64,000 nucleotides of DNA from positions 68,273 through 132,272 of the forward strand of contig CAWGRK010000006.1 of the NCBI GenBank assembly GCA_963824995.1, read 5' to 3'. This document shows, in pieces, positions 38,148 to 47,703 of this stretch. The notes beneath the pieces are model-generated. The model did no database searches, was not told where the DNA came from, and saw only the letters and a list, made by a program, of their open reading frames with translations. Source of the DNA: an uncultured Actinomycetes bacterium (GTDB lineage: Bacteria > Actinomycetota > Acidimicrobiia > Spongiisociales > DATADW01). The translations under genes were made by a program, and so were the position numbers. Position 1 is the stretch's first letter. The number at the start of each line of letters is the position of its first letter.

Positions 38148-39491
38148 ATGACATCGGTGCCCGTAGTAGCGGTGGTCGGCCGGCCAAACGTCGGAAAGTC
38201 CACACTGGTCAACCGGATCATCGGCTCGCGCTCCGCAGTGGTCGAGGAGATGCCAGGCGTCACCCGCGACCGCCGCGAGTTCGTTGCCGAGTGGGCCGGT
38301 CACGGCTTCCTGTTGGTTGACACCGGCGGGTGGGAGGTGGATCCCAACGAGGACCTCGTCGCCGCCATCAGGGAGCAGGCGGAGGCTGCGGTCCGCGCCG
38401 CCGACGCCGTGCTCTTCGTGGTCGACGCCACCACCGGAGTCTCACCCGACGATGCCGGCGTGGCCTCTCTCCTCAATGACTCGGGCACCCCCGTGTTGTT
38501 GGTGGCCAACAAAGTGGACGACGCCTCCCGGGAGGCCGACGTCCATCACCTCTGGAGCCTCGGGGTTGGTCCTCCCTATCCGGTCAGCGCACTCCACGGG
38601 CGCGGCACCGGCGACCTGCTCGACGCCCTCGTGGTCGCAATCCCGGAGGGCCCTGCAGCGGTCGAATCTGACGAAATGCCCTCGCTGGCGATCGTGGGGC
38701 GCCCCAATGTCGGGAAGTCGACGCTGCTCAACCGACTGGCAGGCACCGAACGCGTCCTGGTGTCACCACGGCCCGGAACGACCAGAGACCCGATCGACAC
38801 GGTCGTGGACCTGGACGGGACCGCATACCGGATCGTGGACACAGCCGGGATCCGGCGCCAGGCGCGCATCGCCGAGAGCGCCGACCACTATGCCGTGCTC
38901 AGGGCGCGCAAAGCGCTCGCCGAATCCGACGTTGCTGTGGTGCTCGTAGATGGCATCGAGGGAGTGACCTCCCAGGACCAGAGGATCGCCGAGGAGGTGG
39001 TCCAGGCAGGCGCCGGGTTGGTGGTGCTGCTCAACAAGTGGGACGCCGCCGACCCGGAGGAACGGCTCATCACCGAGCGAGGGGTGGGGGAGAGACTTGG
39101 CTTTGTGTCGTGGGCGCCGCTGCTGCGCGGCTCGGCGCGGACAGGGGCGCGGCTCCACCGGCTTCCGACTGCTGTGGAGACCGCCCGGCTAAACCGGGAG
39201 ACCAGGGTGCCGACCGGACCCCTCAACCGGATGGTCCGCGCCTGGCAGGAGGAGCACCCGCCACCGATCCGGCGGGGGAGGAGGGCGAAGATCCTCTACG
39301 CGACGCAGGCGGGGGTGCGCCCACCCACGGTCCTCCTCTTCGTCTCCGGAGGCGAACTCTCCACCGACTATCTCCGATTCCTGGAGAACCGGCTGCGCAA
39401 GGAGATCGATCTGACCGGCACTCCTGTGAGGGTGGTGGGTCGTCGGCGGGTGGGGAGCACCAGGCGGGATGACGGTCGCTATGGCTCCTAG
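38148..39491 (+). CDS. der: Ribosome-biogenesis GTPase Der (EngA)
   Basis: ATG 38148. Two G domains (GRPNVGKSTL twice; DTGG and DTAG) and a KH-like C-terminus. Confidence 0.9.
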   Translation: MTSVPVVAVVGRPNVGKSTLVNRIIGSRSAVVEEMPGVTRDRREFVAEWAGHGFLLVDTGGWEVDPNEDLVAAIREQAEAAVRAADAVLFVVDATTGVSPDDAGVASLLNDSGTPVLLVANKVDDASREADVHHLWSLGVGPPYPVSALHGRGTGDLLDALVVAIPEGPAAVESDEMPSLAIVGRPNVGKSTLLNRLAGTERVLVSPRPGTTRDPIDTVVDLDGTAYRIVDTAGIRRQARIAESADHYAVLRARKALAESDVAVVLVDGIEGVTSQDQRIAEEVVQAGAGLVVLLNKWDAADPEERLITERGVGERLGFVSWAPLLRGSARTGARLHRLPTAVETARLNRETRVPTGPLNRMVRAWQEEHPPPIRRGRRAKILYATQAGVRPPTVLLFVSGGELSTDYLRFLENRLRKEIDLTGTPVRVVGRRRVGSTRRDDGRYGS

Positions 39492-39639
39492 GAGTCCGCT
39501 CGAGCCCGACCAGCGGCCTCCCGAGGATGACGGAAGTCTCCCCTGGCACCTCTGGCTGCTGATCGTGGCGGCCGTGGTCTATCTGGGATGGCGGCTGATC
39601 CAGGGCATCCAGGCACTGGTCAACTGGCTGGGCGGGTGA
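39481..39639 (+). CDS. Possible 52-aa single-TM protein overlapping the der 3' end
   Basis: ATG 39481 to TGA 39637-39639: MAPRSPLEPDQRPPEDDGSLPWHLWLLIVAAVVYLGWRLIQGIQALVNWLGG. Not in the ORF track (presumably because it is short; all listed ORFs are 60 aa or longer). Only the hydrophobic helix and its position support it. Confidence 0.3.
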   Translation: MAPRSPLEPDQRPPEDDGSLPWHLWLLIVAAVVYLGWRLIQGIQALVNWLGG

Positions 39640-39673
39640 GATCCGGCTGACATCGTGTCTACGATTGCCGTTA

Positions 39674-39750
39674 CGGGCCGTGGCGCAGCTTGGTAGCGCA
39701 CCAGTCTGGGGGACTGGGGGTCGCCGGTTCGAATCCGGCCGGCCCGACCA
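39674..39750 (+). tRNA. tRNA-Pro (anticodon GGG)
   Basis: Cloverleaf folded by hand. Acceptor CGGGCCG/CGGCCCG, D arm GCGC-AGCTTGGTA-GCGC, anticodon arm CCAGT-CTGGGGA-ACTGG, T arm GCCGG-TTCGAAT-CCGGC, discriminator A, encoded CCA. Confidence 0.85.
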
Positions 39751-39884
39751 TTCGATCAACCACCACTTCGCGTTGCACAAGCAACCCCCCCTCCGGTAAT
39801 GTCGGTGGTACTCGCCCGAGTGGCGCGGACCACCCGGGTTTGGAGAGTGGATGGGAAGTGGGACTCGATTGGAGGACTTAACTG

Positions 39885-41930
39885 ATGAGTACGCGTGAAA
39901 AGCTCGCGTCCTGGCGCTGGTTGGCGCTTGTCGCGGTGTTTGCGCTGGTAGCTGCCGCCTGTCAAGGGGGCACTACCGACACAACCGCCGGCGGCGCTGC
40001 CACGACGGCTGCGGGCGGCACTGCGACGACAGTTGCGGGCGGCACTGCAACGACAGCTGCTGGCGGGACCGCAACCACCGCCGGCGCCACGGCTACCACC
40101 GCAGCGGGCGGTACGGCAACCACCGCAGCGGCCTCGGCGGAGGGCTTCTCCTACACGATGGGGATCTTCGCCGACGTGACCACCGACAACTACTGGACGC
40201 TGCTCGACACCGGCGGCGCCACCGTGTGGAACTCCTACCTGCTCGACGACACCCACGTGGGTTTGTTCGACCTCGCCGCCCCCGGGTTCGAGGTCGTTCC
40301 CTCGCTGGCTGCGATCGACGAGGTTCCCGAGGTGACACAGGAGGGCGATGCCTGGGTGGCAGATATCCCGATCAGGGATGACGCCACATGGAGCGATGGC
40401 GAGCCCGTCACGGCCGAGGACTACGTCTTCACGTGGACCACGGCGCGCGACTTCAACCTGGGCGCCAACTGGATCGAGTATGTCCGGGCGGCCCAAGAGG
40501 ACGACCCCGAGACCGACGCCGACGAGTCGGCGCAGGTCGGGGTAACCGGAGTCGAAGCGGTGGACGACCACACCGTGAGGATCACCTGGAACATGCAGCC
40601 GGGCGTATCGGTGTGGGGTCTGGGCAACGGCCCGCACAACATGCCGATCATGGCGCAACACTTCTGGGCGGACGTCGTTGAGGAAGCGGCGGGTAGCGAG
40701 GATCCGTTGGCGACACTCGAGGCAGCCTCGGGCGCCGGCGACCCGGCCACCGGTCCGATCGTCTACGACACCCGTCAGGAGGGCGCTTTCGCCCGCAGTA
40801 TTGCCAACGAGACCTACTTCGCCTCGGGCGAGGAGGTCACCAGCGCTGACGTCACCTACTCCGAAGGTCCGTATCTCTCTGACTCGACGCTGCAGTTCTA
40901 CGGCTCCCAGGACGCCGCCGTGCTGGCGCTTGCCGACGGTGAGGTGGACTACCTCCTCAATCCGCTTGGCATGCAGCGGGGGTTGGTGGACCAGGTCGAG
41001 AACAACCCGGATCTGACCGCCGTCGTGAATCCGACGAACGGCTATCGGTACCTCGCCTTCAACCTGACCAAGGCGCCGATGAGCGACCAGGCGTTCCGCG
41101 ACGCGCTGGCGCTGATGATCGACAAGGAGTACGCCGCTGAGAGCGTTCTCCAGGGTGTCGCCTTCCCGCTGTACGTACAGGTGCCTGAGGGGAACACCAA
41201 GTGGTACAACGAGGAGGTCGCCGGAGAGATCGCCTCGCAGTACGAGGGCAAGACCCCCGATGTCCGTCTCCAGGAGGCGGTGGCGTTGCTCAAGGATGCC
41301 GGATACACCTGGGAAACCGAGCCAGCGGTCGATCCCGAGACGCTTGCCATCACTCCCGGCGCCGGGATGATGATGCCCAACGGGAATCCGATGCGTCAGC
41401 TTGAGCTGATCTCGCCGACGCCGTCGTATGACCCGCTGCGGGCCAACTACGGCAACTACATCGAGAGCGTCGCTACCCAGCTGGGTATCCCAGTCGACAA
41501 CGAGCCGACTGAGTTCAACACCATCATCGAGCGGGTCTACGTGCCCAACGATGCGGGGGAGCTCACGTTCGACATGTTCATCCTGGGGTGGAGCCTCGGG
41601 AACCCGGCGCTGCCGACGTTCCATGAGTCGTTCTTCTCCAGCAGGAACCTGACCGTTGTCAACGACGGGAACAACAACACCGGGTTCGATGACCCCGACT
41701 TCGAGGTCCTGGTCGATGAGCTCAACGGGGCTCAGACCGAGGAAGAGGCGTACGACATCATCTGGCAGATGGAGCAGATCCTCGCCGAGAAGAAGCCGTA
41801 CATCGTGCTCTTCGACACCGGAATCCTCGAGTTCTACAACAACCGGGTGCTGTACCCCTTCACGGACACACTGAGCGGTCTGCAGTTCCTCAACGGGCTG
41901 CAGGGCACGGTCCAGACCGTCTCTCAGTAA
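39885..41930 (+). CDS. ABC transporter substrate-binding lipoprotein, peptide/nickel (family 5) type
   Basis: 681 aa. Lipobox LVAAAC, then a Gly/Thr/Ala repeat linker, then an SBP_bac_5-like body. GGAGGA RBS. Confidence 0.85.
   Translation: MSTREKLASWRWLALVAVFALVAAACQGGTTDTTAGGAATTAAGGTATTVAGGTATTAAGGTATTAGATATTAAGGTATTAAASAEGFSYTMGIFADVTTDNYWTLLDTGGATVWNSYLLDDTHVGLFDLAAPGFEVVPSLAAIDEVPEVTQEGDAWVADIPIRDDATWSDGEPVTAEDYVFTWTTARDFNLGANWIEYVRAAQEDDPETDADESAQVGVTGVEAVDDHTVRITWNMQPGVSVWGLGNGPHNMPIMAQHFWADVVEEAAGSEDPLATLEAASGAGDPATGPIVYDTRQEGAFARSIANETYFASGEEVTSADVTYSEGPYLSDSTLQFYGSQDAAVLALADGEVDYLLNPLGMQRGLVDQVENNPDLTAVVNPTNGYRYLAFNLTKAPMSDQAFRDALALMIDKEYAAESVLQGVAFPLYVQVPEGNTKWYNEEVAGEIASQYEGKTPDVRLQEAVALLKDAGYTWETEPAVDPETLAITPGAGMMMPNGNPMRQLELISPTPSYDPLRANYGNYIESVATQLGIPVDNEPTEFNTIIERVYVPNDAGELTFDMFILGWSLGNPALPTFHESFFSSRNLTVVNDGNNNTGFDDPDFEVLVDELNGAQTEEEAYDIIWQMEQILAEKKPYIVLFDTGILEFYNNRVLYPFTDTLSGLQFLNGLQGTVQTVSQ
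39986..40132 (+). repeat. About 24-nt in-frame repeats encoding (A)GGTATT(A/V) linker units
   Basis: AGGAATTAAGGTATTVAGGTATTAAGGTATTAGATATTAAGGTATTAAAS, read from the translation. Confidence 0.8.
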
Positions 41931-41946
41931 TCATCAGAGTGGCTTT

Positions 41947-41970
41947 GGGGGGCGGGTCAAACCGCCCCCC
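41947..41970 (+). terminator. GC-rich hairpin between the SBP and permease genes (attenuator/terminator-like)
   Basis: GGGGGGCGG (41947-41955), GTCAAA loop, CCGCCCCCC (41962-41970). No U-tract. Confidence 0.45.
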
Positions 41971-42075
41971 ATTCCACCGCCCGAACCAGGGGCACTCCGG
42001 CGAGCACGGGAAGCGCCCCCACGACTACGCTGACCGAAGGCCGGTCCATCCGCCGAAAGGATCGCCAAGCGCGCC

Positions 42076-43233
42076 ATGCTGAAGTTCATCGGTCGCCGAA
42101 TCATCCAGATAGTCCTGACCTTCCTGGCGATCCTGACCGCAATCTTCTTCCTCCTGCAGGCGCAACCAGGCGACGTCACCGACCAATTCATAGGCAACCC
42201 GAGCATCCCGCCCGAAGTCAGGGCGGAGCTCTCAGAGCGCCTGGGGCTGGACAAATCGGTCTGGGAGCAGTACCTCACCTATCTAGGGAACTTCTTCCAG
42301 GGTGACCTCGGTATCAGCTTCACCCGCTACCCCCAGCAGGTGTCCGACCTGCTCTGGGCGGCATTGCCCCGGACCATCGTCCTCTTCCTCAGCGCCACAC
42401 TTCTCGCCTACCTCCTCGGCTTCGTCCTTGGAAGAATCGTGGCGTGGCGCCGTGGCCGAGGGACCGAAACGGCCATCACGGTTGGAGGGGTCTTCCTATA
42501 CACGGTTTTCTATCCGTGGTTCGCCATCATGATGCTGTGGCTCTTCGGGTTCATACTCGGGTGGTTTCCCATAGGACGGTTTATCACCACCGAGGTGTGG
42601 AATGGCGCCCCATATCAGGCCAACCAGGTCTTCAGCGTCATGATCCTCTCGGTGGGAGTGGCCAGTCTCCTCTTCGGGCTGGTTGCGTGGCTGGCTACCA
42701 GGATCAATCGGGATCCGGCGCGTCAAAAAGTGATCCGCAGGATCGGCCTATTGGTGATTCTCGCCGGTTTTGTCGTCTTCTGGCTCATGTCCCCCATGGC
42801 CACGTACGCCCGAGACATTGCCCATCACACAGTCCTCCCAGTGATCACGCTCGCCGCGGTCACCTTCGCCGGGGTGATGTTGCTGACTCGGAGTTCGATG
42901 TTGGAGACCCTGCGTGAGGATTACATACTCACTGCTCGGGCAAAGGGGCTGACCGAGTCGACCATCCGGGATCATCATGCCGCCCGTAACGCTCTTCTCC
43001 CGGTGACCACGTCGTTGGTTCTCGCGCTCGCTTTCGTTATCGGCGGTGGCATCGTCACCGAGTACGTCTTCTCCTGGCCAGGGGTGGGGAGCCTGCTGCT
43101 CGAGGCATCGCTCCGCGAGGACATCCCACTCGCCATCGGTGCCCTGAGCATTGTCGCCATCCTGGGGCTGGTCGGGCATCTCATCGCCGATATCGTTTAC
43201 ATGTTCCTCGACCCGAGGATCCGCGTCGCATGA
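42076..43233 (+). CDS. ABC transporter permease (DppB/OppB type)
   Basis: 385 aa, multi-TM. Conserved loop TARAKGLTESTIRDHHAARNALLPV. Confidence 0.85.
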   Translation: MLKFIGRRIIQIVLTFLAILTAIFFLLQAQPGDVTDQFIGNPSIPPEVRAELSERLGLDKSVWEQYLTYLGNFFQGDLGISFTRYPQQVSDLLWAALPRTIVLFLSATLLAYLLGFVLGRIVAWRRGRGTETAITVGGVFLYTVFYPWFAIMMLWLFGFILGWFPIGRFITTEVWNGAPYQANQVFSVMILSVGVASLLFGLVAWLATRINRDPARQKVIRRIGLLVILAGFVVFWLMSPMATYARDIAHHTVLPVITLAAVTFAGVMLLTRSSMLETLREDYILTARAKGLTESTIRDHHAARNALLPVTTSLVLALAFVIGGGIVTEYVFSWPGVGSLLLEASLREDIPLAIGALSIVAILGLVGHLIADIVYMFLDPRIRVA

Positions 43234-43243
43234 GGAGGTGGCC

Positions 43244-44386
43244 GTGACCGACCTGGCCAAGCAGGAACCGGCCGCACCCAGAGAGGAGGTGCCGCTCGGG
43301 GACGTAGAGCCCGACGTCATCGCCGCCGACGCCCCGGTCACGGCCGTCCCGCTATGGAGGGTGCGGCTCCGCCTCATGCGGCGGACGCTCTCCCGCAACT
43401 GGGCACTGTTCGCCGATAACAAGATCGGATTCATCGGGCTCGCCATCATCGCCGTCTTCGCCCTGATGGCGGTGTTGCAGCCAATCCTCATCGCGACTGT
43501 ATGGGATCCGAGGGTCTACGATCCGGTGACGGGGTACGACGCCGTGGTGACCGAATTCACCGTGGTGGAAGAGGTTACGGACCCCGCCAGCGAGATCGAC
43601 CTGCAGACCGCCCGGTTGGAAACGACGCCCTTCGTCGAAGTCGGTGAGGTCGTCGAGATACCGACCCAACCTGCGCCGCCCACGTTTTCGGGTGAATATC
43701 CGCACTATCTCGGGACGGACCCGTTGGGGCGTGACATCCTGTCTCAGTTGATGTACGGCGCCCGGGCGGCCTTCTTCCTCGGGTCGGTCGCGGCCATCGT
43801 GACCGTGATCATTGGAACCACGGTAGGTTCGGTCGCTGCCCACTTTGGTGGGTGGATCGACACCGGGCTCATGAGGTTCGCCGACTTCCTCCTGGCGATT
43901 CCCTTAATCCCGTTGTTGATCGTGGTCGCTTCGCTGTTCACCATCACCATGCCGACCCTCGGGCTGCTCATCGGTCTCCTCTCCGGGTTCGGTGCCGTCG
44001 CCATCGTGCTCAAATCGCAGGCGCTATCAGTGAGGGTCAAACCCTTCATCGATGCCGCCCGCGTCGCGGGCGGGGGTGACTGGCACGTCATCTTCCGCCA
44101 CATAGTCCCCAACGTCCTTCCGCTCAGCTTCCTCTACATGATGTTCGGAGTGACCGAGGCGATCTCGCTGGAGGCGACGCTTTCGTTCTTCGGACTGCTC
44201 AACATCCCGATGAGCTGGGGGATCATGATCAACACGGCAGCGACCCAGGGCTACCTGCTGGGGGGCACGGATTACTGGTGGCTGCTACTCCCTGCCGGTT
44301 TGGCGGTGACCCTGCTCGCCTTCGCCTTCTTCCTGGTGGGGCGCGCAATGGATGAGGTCGTCAACCCCAGGCTCCGCGCCAGGTGA
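43244..44386 (+). CDS. ABC transporter permease (DppC/OppC type)
   Basis: In ORF 43151..44386. GTG 43244 lies 5 nt after GAGGAGG; GTG 43238 is an alternative. AARVAGGGDWHVIFRHIVPNVLP. Confidence 0.8.
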   Translation: MTDLAKQEPAAPREEVPLGDVEPDVIAADAPVTAVPLWRVRLRLMRRTLSRNWALFADNKIGFIGLAIIAVFALMAVLQPILIATVWDPRVYDPVTGYDAVVTEFTVVEEVTDPASEIDLQTARLETTPFVEVGEVVEIPTQPAPPTFSGEYPHYLGTDPLGRDILSQLMYGARAAFFLGSVAAIVTVIIGTTVGSVAAHFGGWIDTGLMRFADFLLAIPLIPLLIVVASLFTITMPTLGLLIGLLSGFGAVAIVLKSQALSVRVKPFIDAARVAGGGDWHVIFRHIVPNVLPLSFLYMMFGVTEAISLEATLSFFGLLNIPMSWGIMINTAATQGYLLGGTDYWWLLLPAGLAVTLLAFAFFLVGRAMDEVVNPRLRAR

Positions 44387-44401
44387 ATCGAAAGGACCTC
44401 G

Positions 44402-45442
44402 ATGACCACATCGCTTGAAGACCTGGCGGCGCGCTCCGTCGACCCCACCAAGCCTCTGCTCGAGGTCGATCGGTTGGTGATGCGGTACCAGGTCAAGGCG
44501 GGAGACGTCTCGGCAGTCGAGGACGTCACGTTCACCGTCCACGAGGGGGAAGCGGTGGGCCTCGTGGGCGAATCGGGATGCGGTAAGACATCGGTGGCCC
44601 TCTCGCTGCTGCGACTCCTCCCTGACAACGCCAAGTTCGTCTCGGGGGAGATAAGACTCGACGGCACCGACCTGATCGCACTGAGCGAAGAGGAGATGCG
44701 TCAGAACCGGTGGAACAACATCGCCATGGTCTTCCAGGGCGCCATGAACTCGTGGAACCCGGTGCAGAGAGTTGGCGACCAGATCAAAGAGGCGCTCGAC
44801 ACCCACTTCCCCGGCAAGATGACCTATGCCGAGGCACGGCATCACATGGCGGAACTCTTCCGTAGCGTCGGACTGCCCGCCGAGATGCTCGACCGCTATC
44901 CGCACGAGTTCTCGGGAGGGATGCGGCAACGGGCGGTGATCGCTATGGCGCTCTCCTGCAGCCCCCAGGTGATCATCGCCGACGAGCCGACTACGGCTCT
45001 CGACGTCATCGTCCAAGACCAGATCCTCAAGGAGCTGAAGCGGATCCAGGCGGATTTGGGGATGAGCATCATCTACATCTCGCACGACATCGCGGTGATC
45101 GCCGAGGTCACCGACTCGATGGGTGTGATGTACGCCGGCAAGCTGGTCGAGTACGGAGCCACCCGCGATGTGTTCTCCCACCCGATCCATCCGTATGCCT
45201 ATCTGCTGCTCCGGTCCACCCCGTCGATCACGGGACCGCGGCGCAAGCTCGCACCCCTCAGCGGCGAGCCGCCCGACCTGCTCCACCCGCCCTCCGGGTG
45301 TCGTTTCCACCCCAGGTGCCCGTTCGCCACCGAGAAGTGCACCGTCGACGAGCCCCCGCTCGAGGAGGTTCTGCCCGGACACCAGGTCGCCTGCTGGCAC
45401 TGGGAAGAGGTGCCCGTACTAGAGGAGGCGCTCCGCCGATGA
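44402..45442 (+). CDS. ABC transporter ATP-binding protein (DppD/OppD type)
   Basis: Walker A GESGCGKT, signature SGGMRQR, Walker B IIADEPTTALD, C-terminal oligopeptide-ABC CxxHxRC region. Confidence 0.9.
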   Translation: MTTSLEDLAARSVDPTKPLLEVDRLVMRYQVKAGDVSAVEDVTFTVHEGEAVGLVGESGCGKTSVALSLLRLLPDNAKFVSGEIRLDGTDLIALSEEEMRQNRWNNIAMVFQGAMNSWNPVQRVGDQIKEALDTHFPGKMTYAEARHHMAELFRSVGLPAEMLDRYPHEFSGGMRQRAVIAMALSCSPQVIIADEPTTALDVIVQDQILKELKRIQADLGMSIIYISHDIAVIAEVTDSMGVMYAGKLVEYGATRDVFSHPIHPYAYLLLRSTPSITGPRRKLAPLSGEPPDLLHPPSGCRFHPRCPFATEKCTVDEPPLEEVLPGHQVACWHWEEVPVLEEALRR

Positions 45443-46479
45443 CTGCCCCGGCAACGCCATCGCCGAAGACCCCGGTGAACGCTCCGCTGCTTCAAGTTGA
45501 GAACCTGGAGAGGAAGTTCCCCATCAGCCGGGGACTCTTCCGGACTCCAACCGACTTCGTCCACGCGGTGGACGGGGTCAGCTTCAACATCGCCTACGGC
45601 GAGAGCCTCGGTCTGGTCGGGGAGTCAGGGTGTGGCAAGACCACCACGGGAAGGATGCTGGTCAAGCTGATGGAGGCGACCGGAGGCCGGATCCTGCTGG
45701 CCGCCGAAGGGATCGAGGCGATCGACGTCGCCGACATCAAGCGTGAAGACATGAAGGCGTTCCGTCGCAGGGTCCAGATGATCTTCCAGGACCCATACGA
45801 GTCGATGAACCCGCGCCGCACCATCTACGACACGATCTCCGAGCCGCTGGCTGTGCAAGGAGTCGGAACAGTCCCGGAGCGGGAAGAGCGGGTGATGGAA
45901 CTGCTTCAACTGGTGGGGCTCACCCCACCCGTGACGTTCATGTTCCGCTACCCCCATGAGCTCTCCGGCGGTCAGCGTCAGCGGGTGGCCATCGCCAGAG
46001 CGCTGGTGCTCGACCCATCGTTCGTGGTTGCGGACGAGCCGACCTCAATGCTCGACGTGAGCATTCGCATCTCGATCATGGACCTGATGCTCAAGCTCGG
46101 CAGCGAATTCGACGTCTCCTACCTCTACATCACACATGACCTCGCGGTAGCTCGGTACATGTGCGACCGGATCGCGGTCATGTACCTGGGGAAGATCGTC
46201 GAGTTGGCCAGCACGGAGGAGCTTCTGGCCAACCCGCTCCACCCATACACCAAGGCGCTGCTCTCGGCGGTGCCGGTTCCCGATCCCTCGTACCGGCGAA
46301 CACCGGTTGAGATCAAGGGTGGCATATCGAAGTCGATCAACCCCCCACCCGTTTGCCGTTTCATCGAACGCTGCCCCTGGGCTGCCGAAGTTTGCCGTCA
46401 GAACGACCACCCCCCTCTGGAGGACAAGGGGAACGGGCATTACGTGGCGTGCTATCTCGTGGACACAGGGGCGGCTTGA
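45439..46479 (+). CDS. ABC transporter ATP-binding protein (DppF/OppF type)
   Basis: ATG 45439 (ATGA overlap). [29 protein letters not shown]. Confidence 0.9.
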   Translation: MTAPATPSPKTPVNAPLLQVENLERKFPISRGLFRTPTDFVHAVDGVSFNIAYGESLGLVGESGCGKTTTGRMLVKLMEATGGRILLAAEGIEAIDVADIKREDMKAFRRRVQMIFQDPYESMNPRRTIYDTISEPLAVQGVGTVPEREERVMELLQLVGLTPPVTFMFRYPHELSGGQRQRVAIARALVLDPSFVVADEPTSMLDVSIRISIMDLMLKLGSEFDVSYLYITHDLAVARYMCDRIAVMYLGKIVELASTEELLANPLHPYTKALLSAVPVPDPSYRRTPVEIKGGISKSINPPPVCRFIERCPWAAEVCRQNDHPPLEDKGNGHYVACYLVDTGAA

Positions 46480-46485
46480 ATGCGC

Positions 46486-46516
46486 AAGTACTTGGTACTT
46501 AGTACTTAGTACTTAG
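46486..46516. repeat. AT-rich tandem block (AGTACTTN)n built from the AGTACT palindrome
   Basis: AAGTACTTGGTACTTAGTACTTAGTACTTAG, starting 7 nt after the ABC ATPase stop. Related blocks occur at 631-660 and 49846-49876. Confidence 0.85.
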
Positions 46517-46536
46517 ACCGCGACTGCGACGTTTCG

Positions 46537-46648
46537 GCAGCCGTCTCTGGCTGCCGTCCGCCGTCTTGTATCGTCGGCCGTCCAAGGTCGAGGCCGTTCG
46601 CCGCTCCGTGTTTTGCATTTTCGTGCTTCCGTCTTCCGTCTTCCGTCC
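46537..46648. repeat. Heptamer-family element, copy 3, plus a variant (CTTCCGT)3 array
   Basis: GGCAGCC-GTCTCT-GGCTGCC hairpin (46537-46555). The core TCTGGCTGCCGTCCGCCGTC (46546-46565) is the reverse complement of GACGGCGGACGGCAGCCAGA. GCTTCCGTCTTCCGTCTTCCGTCC at 46625-46648. Confidence 0.8.
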
Positions 46649-46682
46649 TGGATTGCAGTCTCCTACCGTTCCATCCCGGAAC

Positions 46683-47251
46683 ATGAATGCCATTCTGACA
46701 ATCCCCAACCTCATCTCGTTCGTCCGCCTCTCTCGCCGTGTCCTGTCTTCGTCTGGCTGCTCGTTTGGGAGGAGAACTTTCTTTGGGCGGCTGTGCTCCT
46801 ATTCGCCATTGGGGTGACCGACTGGGTCGATGGTTGGCTGGCTCGGCGGCTTGGTCAGGTTTCGGAGTTGGGCAAGGCGCTCGACCCGGTGGCGGATCGT
46901 CTCGCCGTGTTTGCCGCGGTGGTCGGCGGGTGGATAGTCGGTGTGATACCTCCCGTGCTGGCTGCGGCGCTCGTGCTTCGCGAGTTGGTGATGGCGGCTG
47001 CCACGGTGCTGTTGACCGTACGCAAGGGGGAGAGGGTGGCGGTGCGGCAATTGGGCAAATGGGCCACGTTCCTGCTCTATGGCGGCATCCCGGCGTTCTA
47101 TTTAACGGCGGTCGAGTCGTTCCCTGCCGGTCTCCGCACGTTCTTCGAGGTGGGCGCCTGGATCTTCTGCGTGGTCGGGATCGTCCTCTACTACGCCGTC
47201 GCCTTCCAGTACCTGAAGGAGATCGGTAGCAGGCTTCGTTCGCCGCGGTAG
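46683..47251 (+). pseudogene. CDP-alcohol phosphatidyltransferase (PgsA-like), one apparent frameshift near 46715-46745
   Basis: ATG 46683 (MNAILTIPNLISFVRL, ORF 46566..46817). It continues in ORF 46613..47251 with the DG(x2)AR(x8)G(x3)D(x3)D signature (DWVDGWLARRLGQVSELGKALDPVADR). Confidence 0.75.
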
Positions 47252-47304
47252 GACGGTCGCCCCCGGTATCCTCCGGTCCGCCAGCGAGATTGGAGGCCGC
47301 TCGG

Positions 47305-47688
47305 ATGCACGTCCCTGACGATCGTCGGTTCACCGAAGACCACGAATGGGCACAACGCTCGAATGGGGTGGTCCGGATTGGCATAACCGACTACGCCCAG
47401 GACGCCCTGGGCGACATCGTCTTCATCGATCTCCCCGAGCAGGGCCAATCGGTCACCAAGGGAGATACCTTGGCCGAGGTCGAATCGACGAAATCGGTGG
47501 CGGAGGTCTACGCCCCTTTGAGCGGGACGGTGTCGGCGGTGAACGGGGATCTGGCCGAACATCCCGAGTTGGTCAACCAGAGCCCATATGACGGTGGCTG
47601 GTTCGTCGATCTCGAGCCGACCGACGACTCCGAATACGACGGTCTGCTCGAGCCCGAGACTTATAGGGCCCATACCGAGAATGACTGA
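47305..47688 (+). CDS. gcvH: Glycine cleavage system H protein
   Basis: ATG 47305. Lipoyl-lysine motif EVESTKSVAEVYAP. Confidence 0.9.
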   Translation: MHVPDDRRFTEDHEWAQRSNGVVRIGITDYAQDALGDIVFIDLPEQGQSVTKGDTLAEVESTKSVAEVYAPLSGTVSAVNGDLAEHPELVNQSPYDGGWFVDLEPTDDSEYDGLLEPETYRAHTEND

Positions 47689-47703
47689 ACGCATCCGGGG
47701 AGC

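Noticed and set aside
39885-46479. Peptide ABC importer as the exporter or immunity component of the candidate RiPP cassette.
   Set aside because: It lies 15 kb away, separated by many housekeeping genes. It has an SBP-dependent importer architecture, with no C39 peptidase domain or exporter-type fused TMD-NBD.
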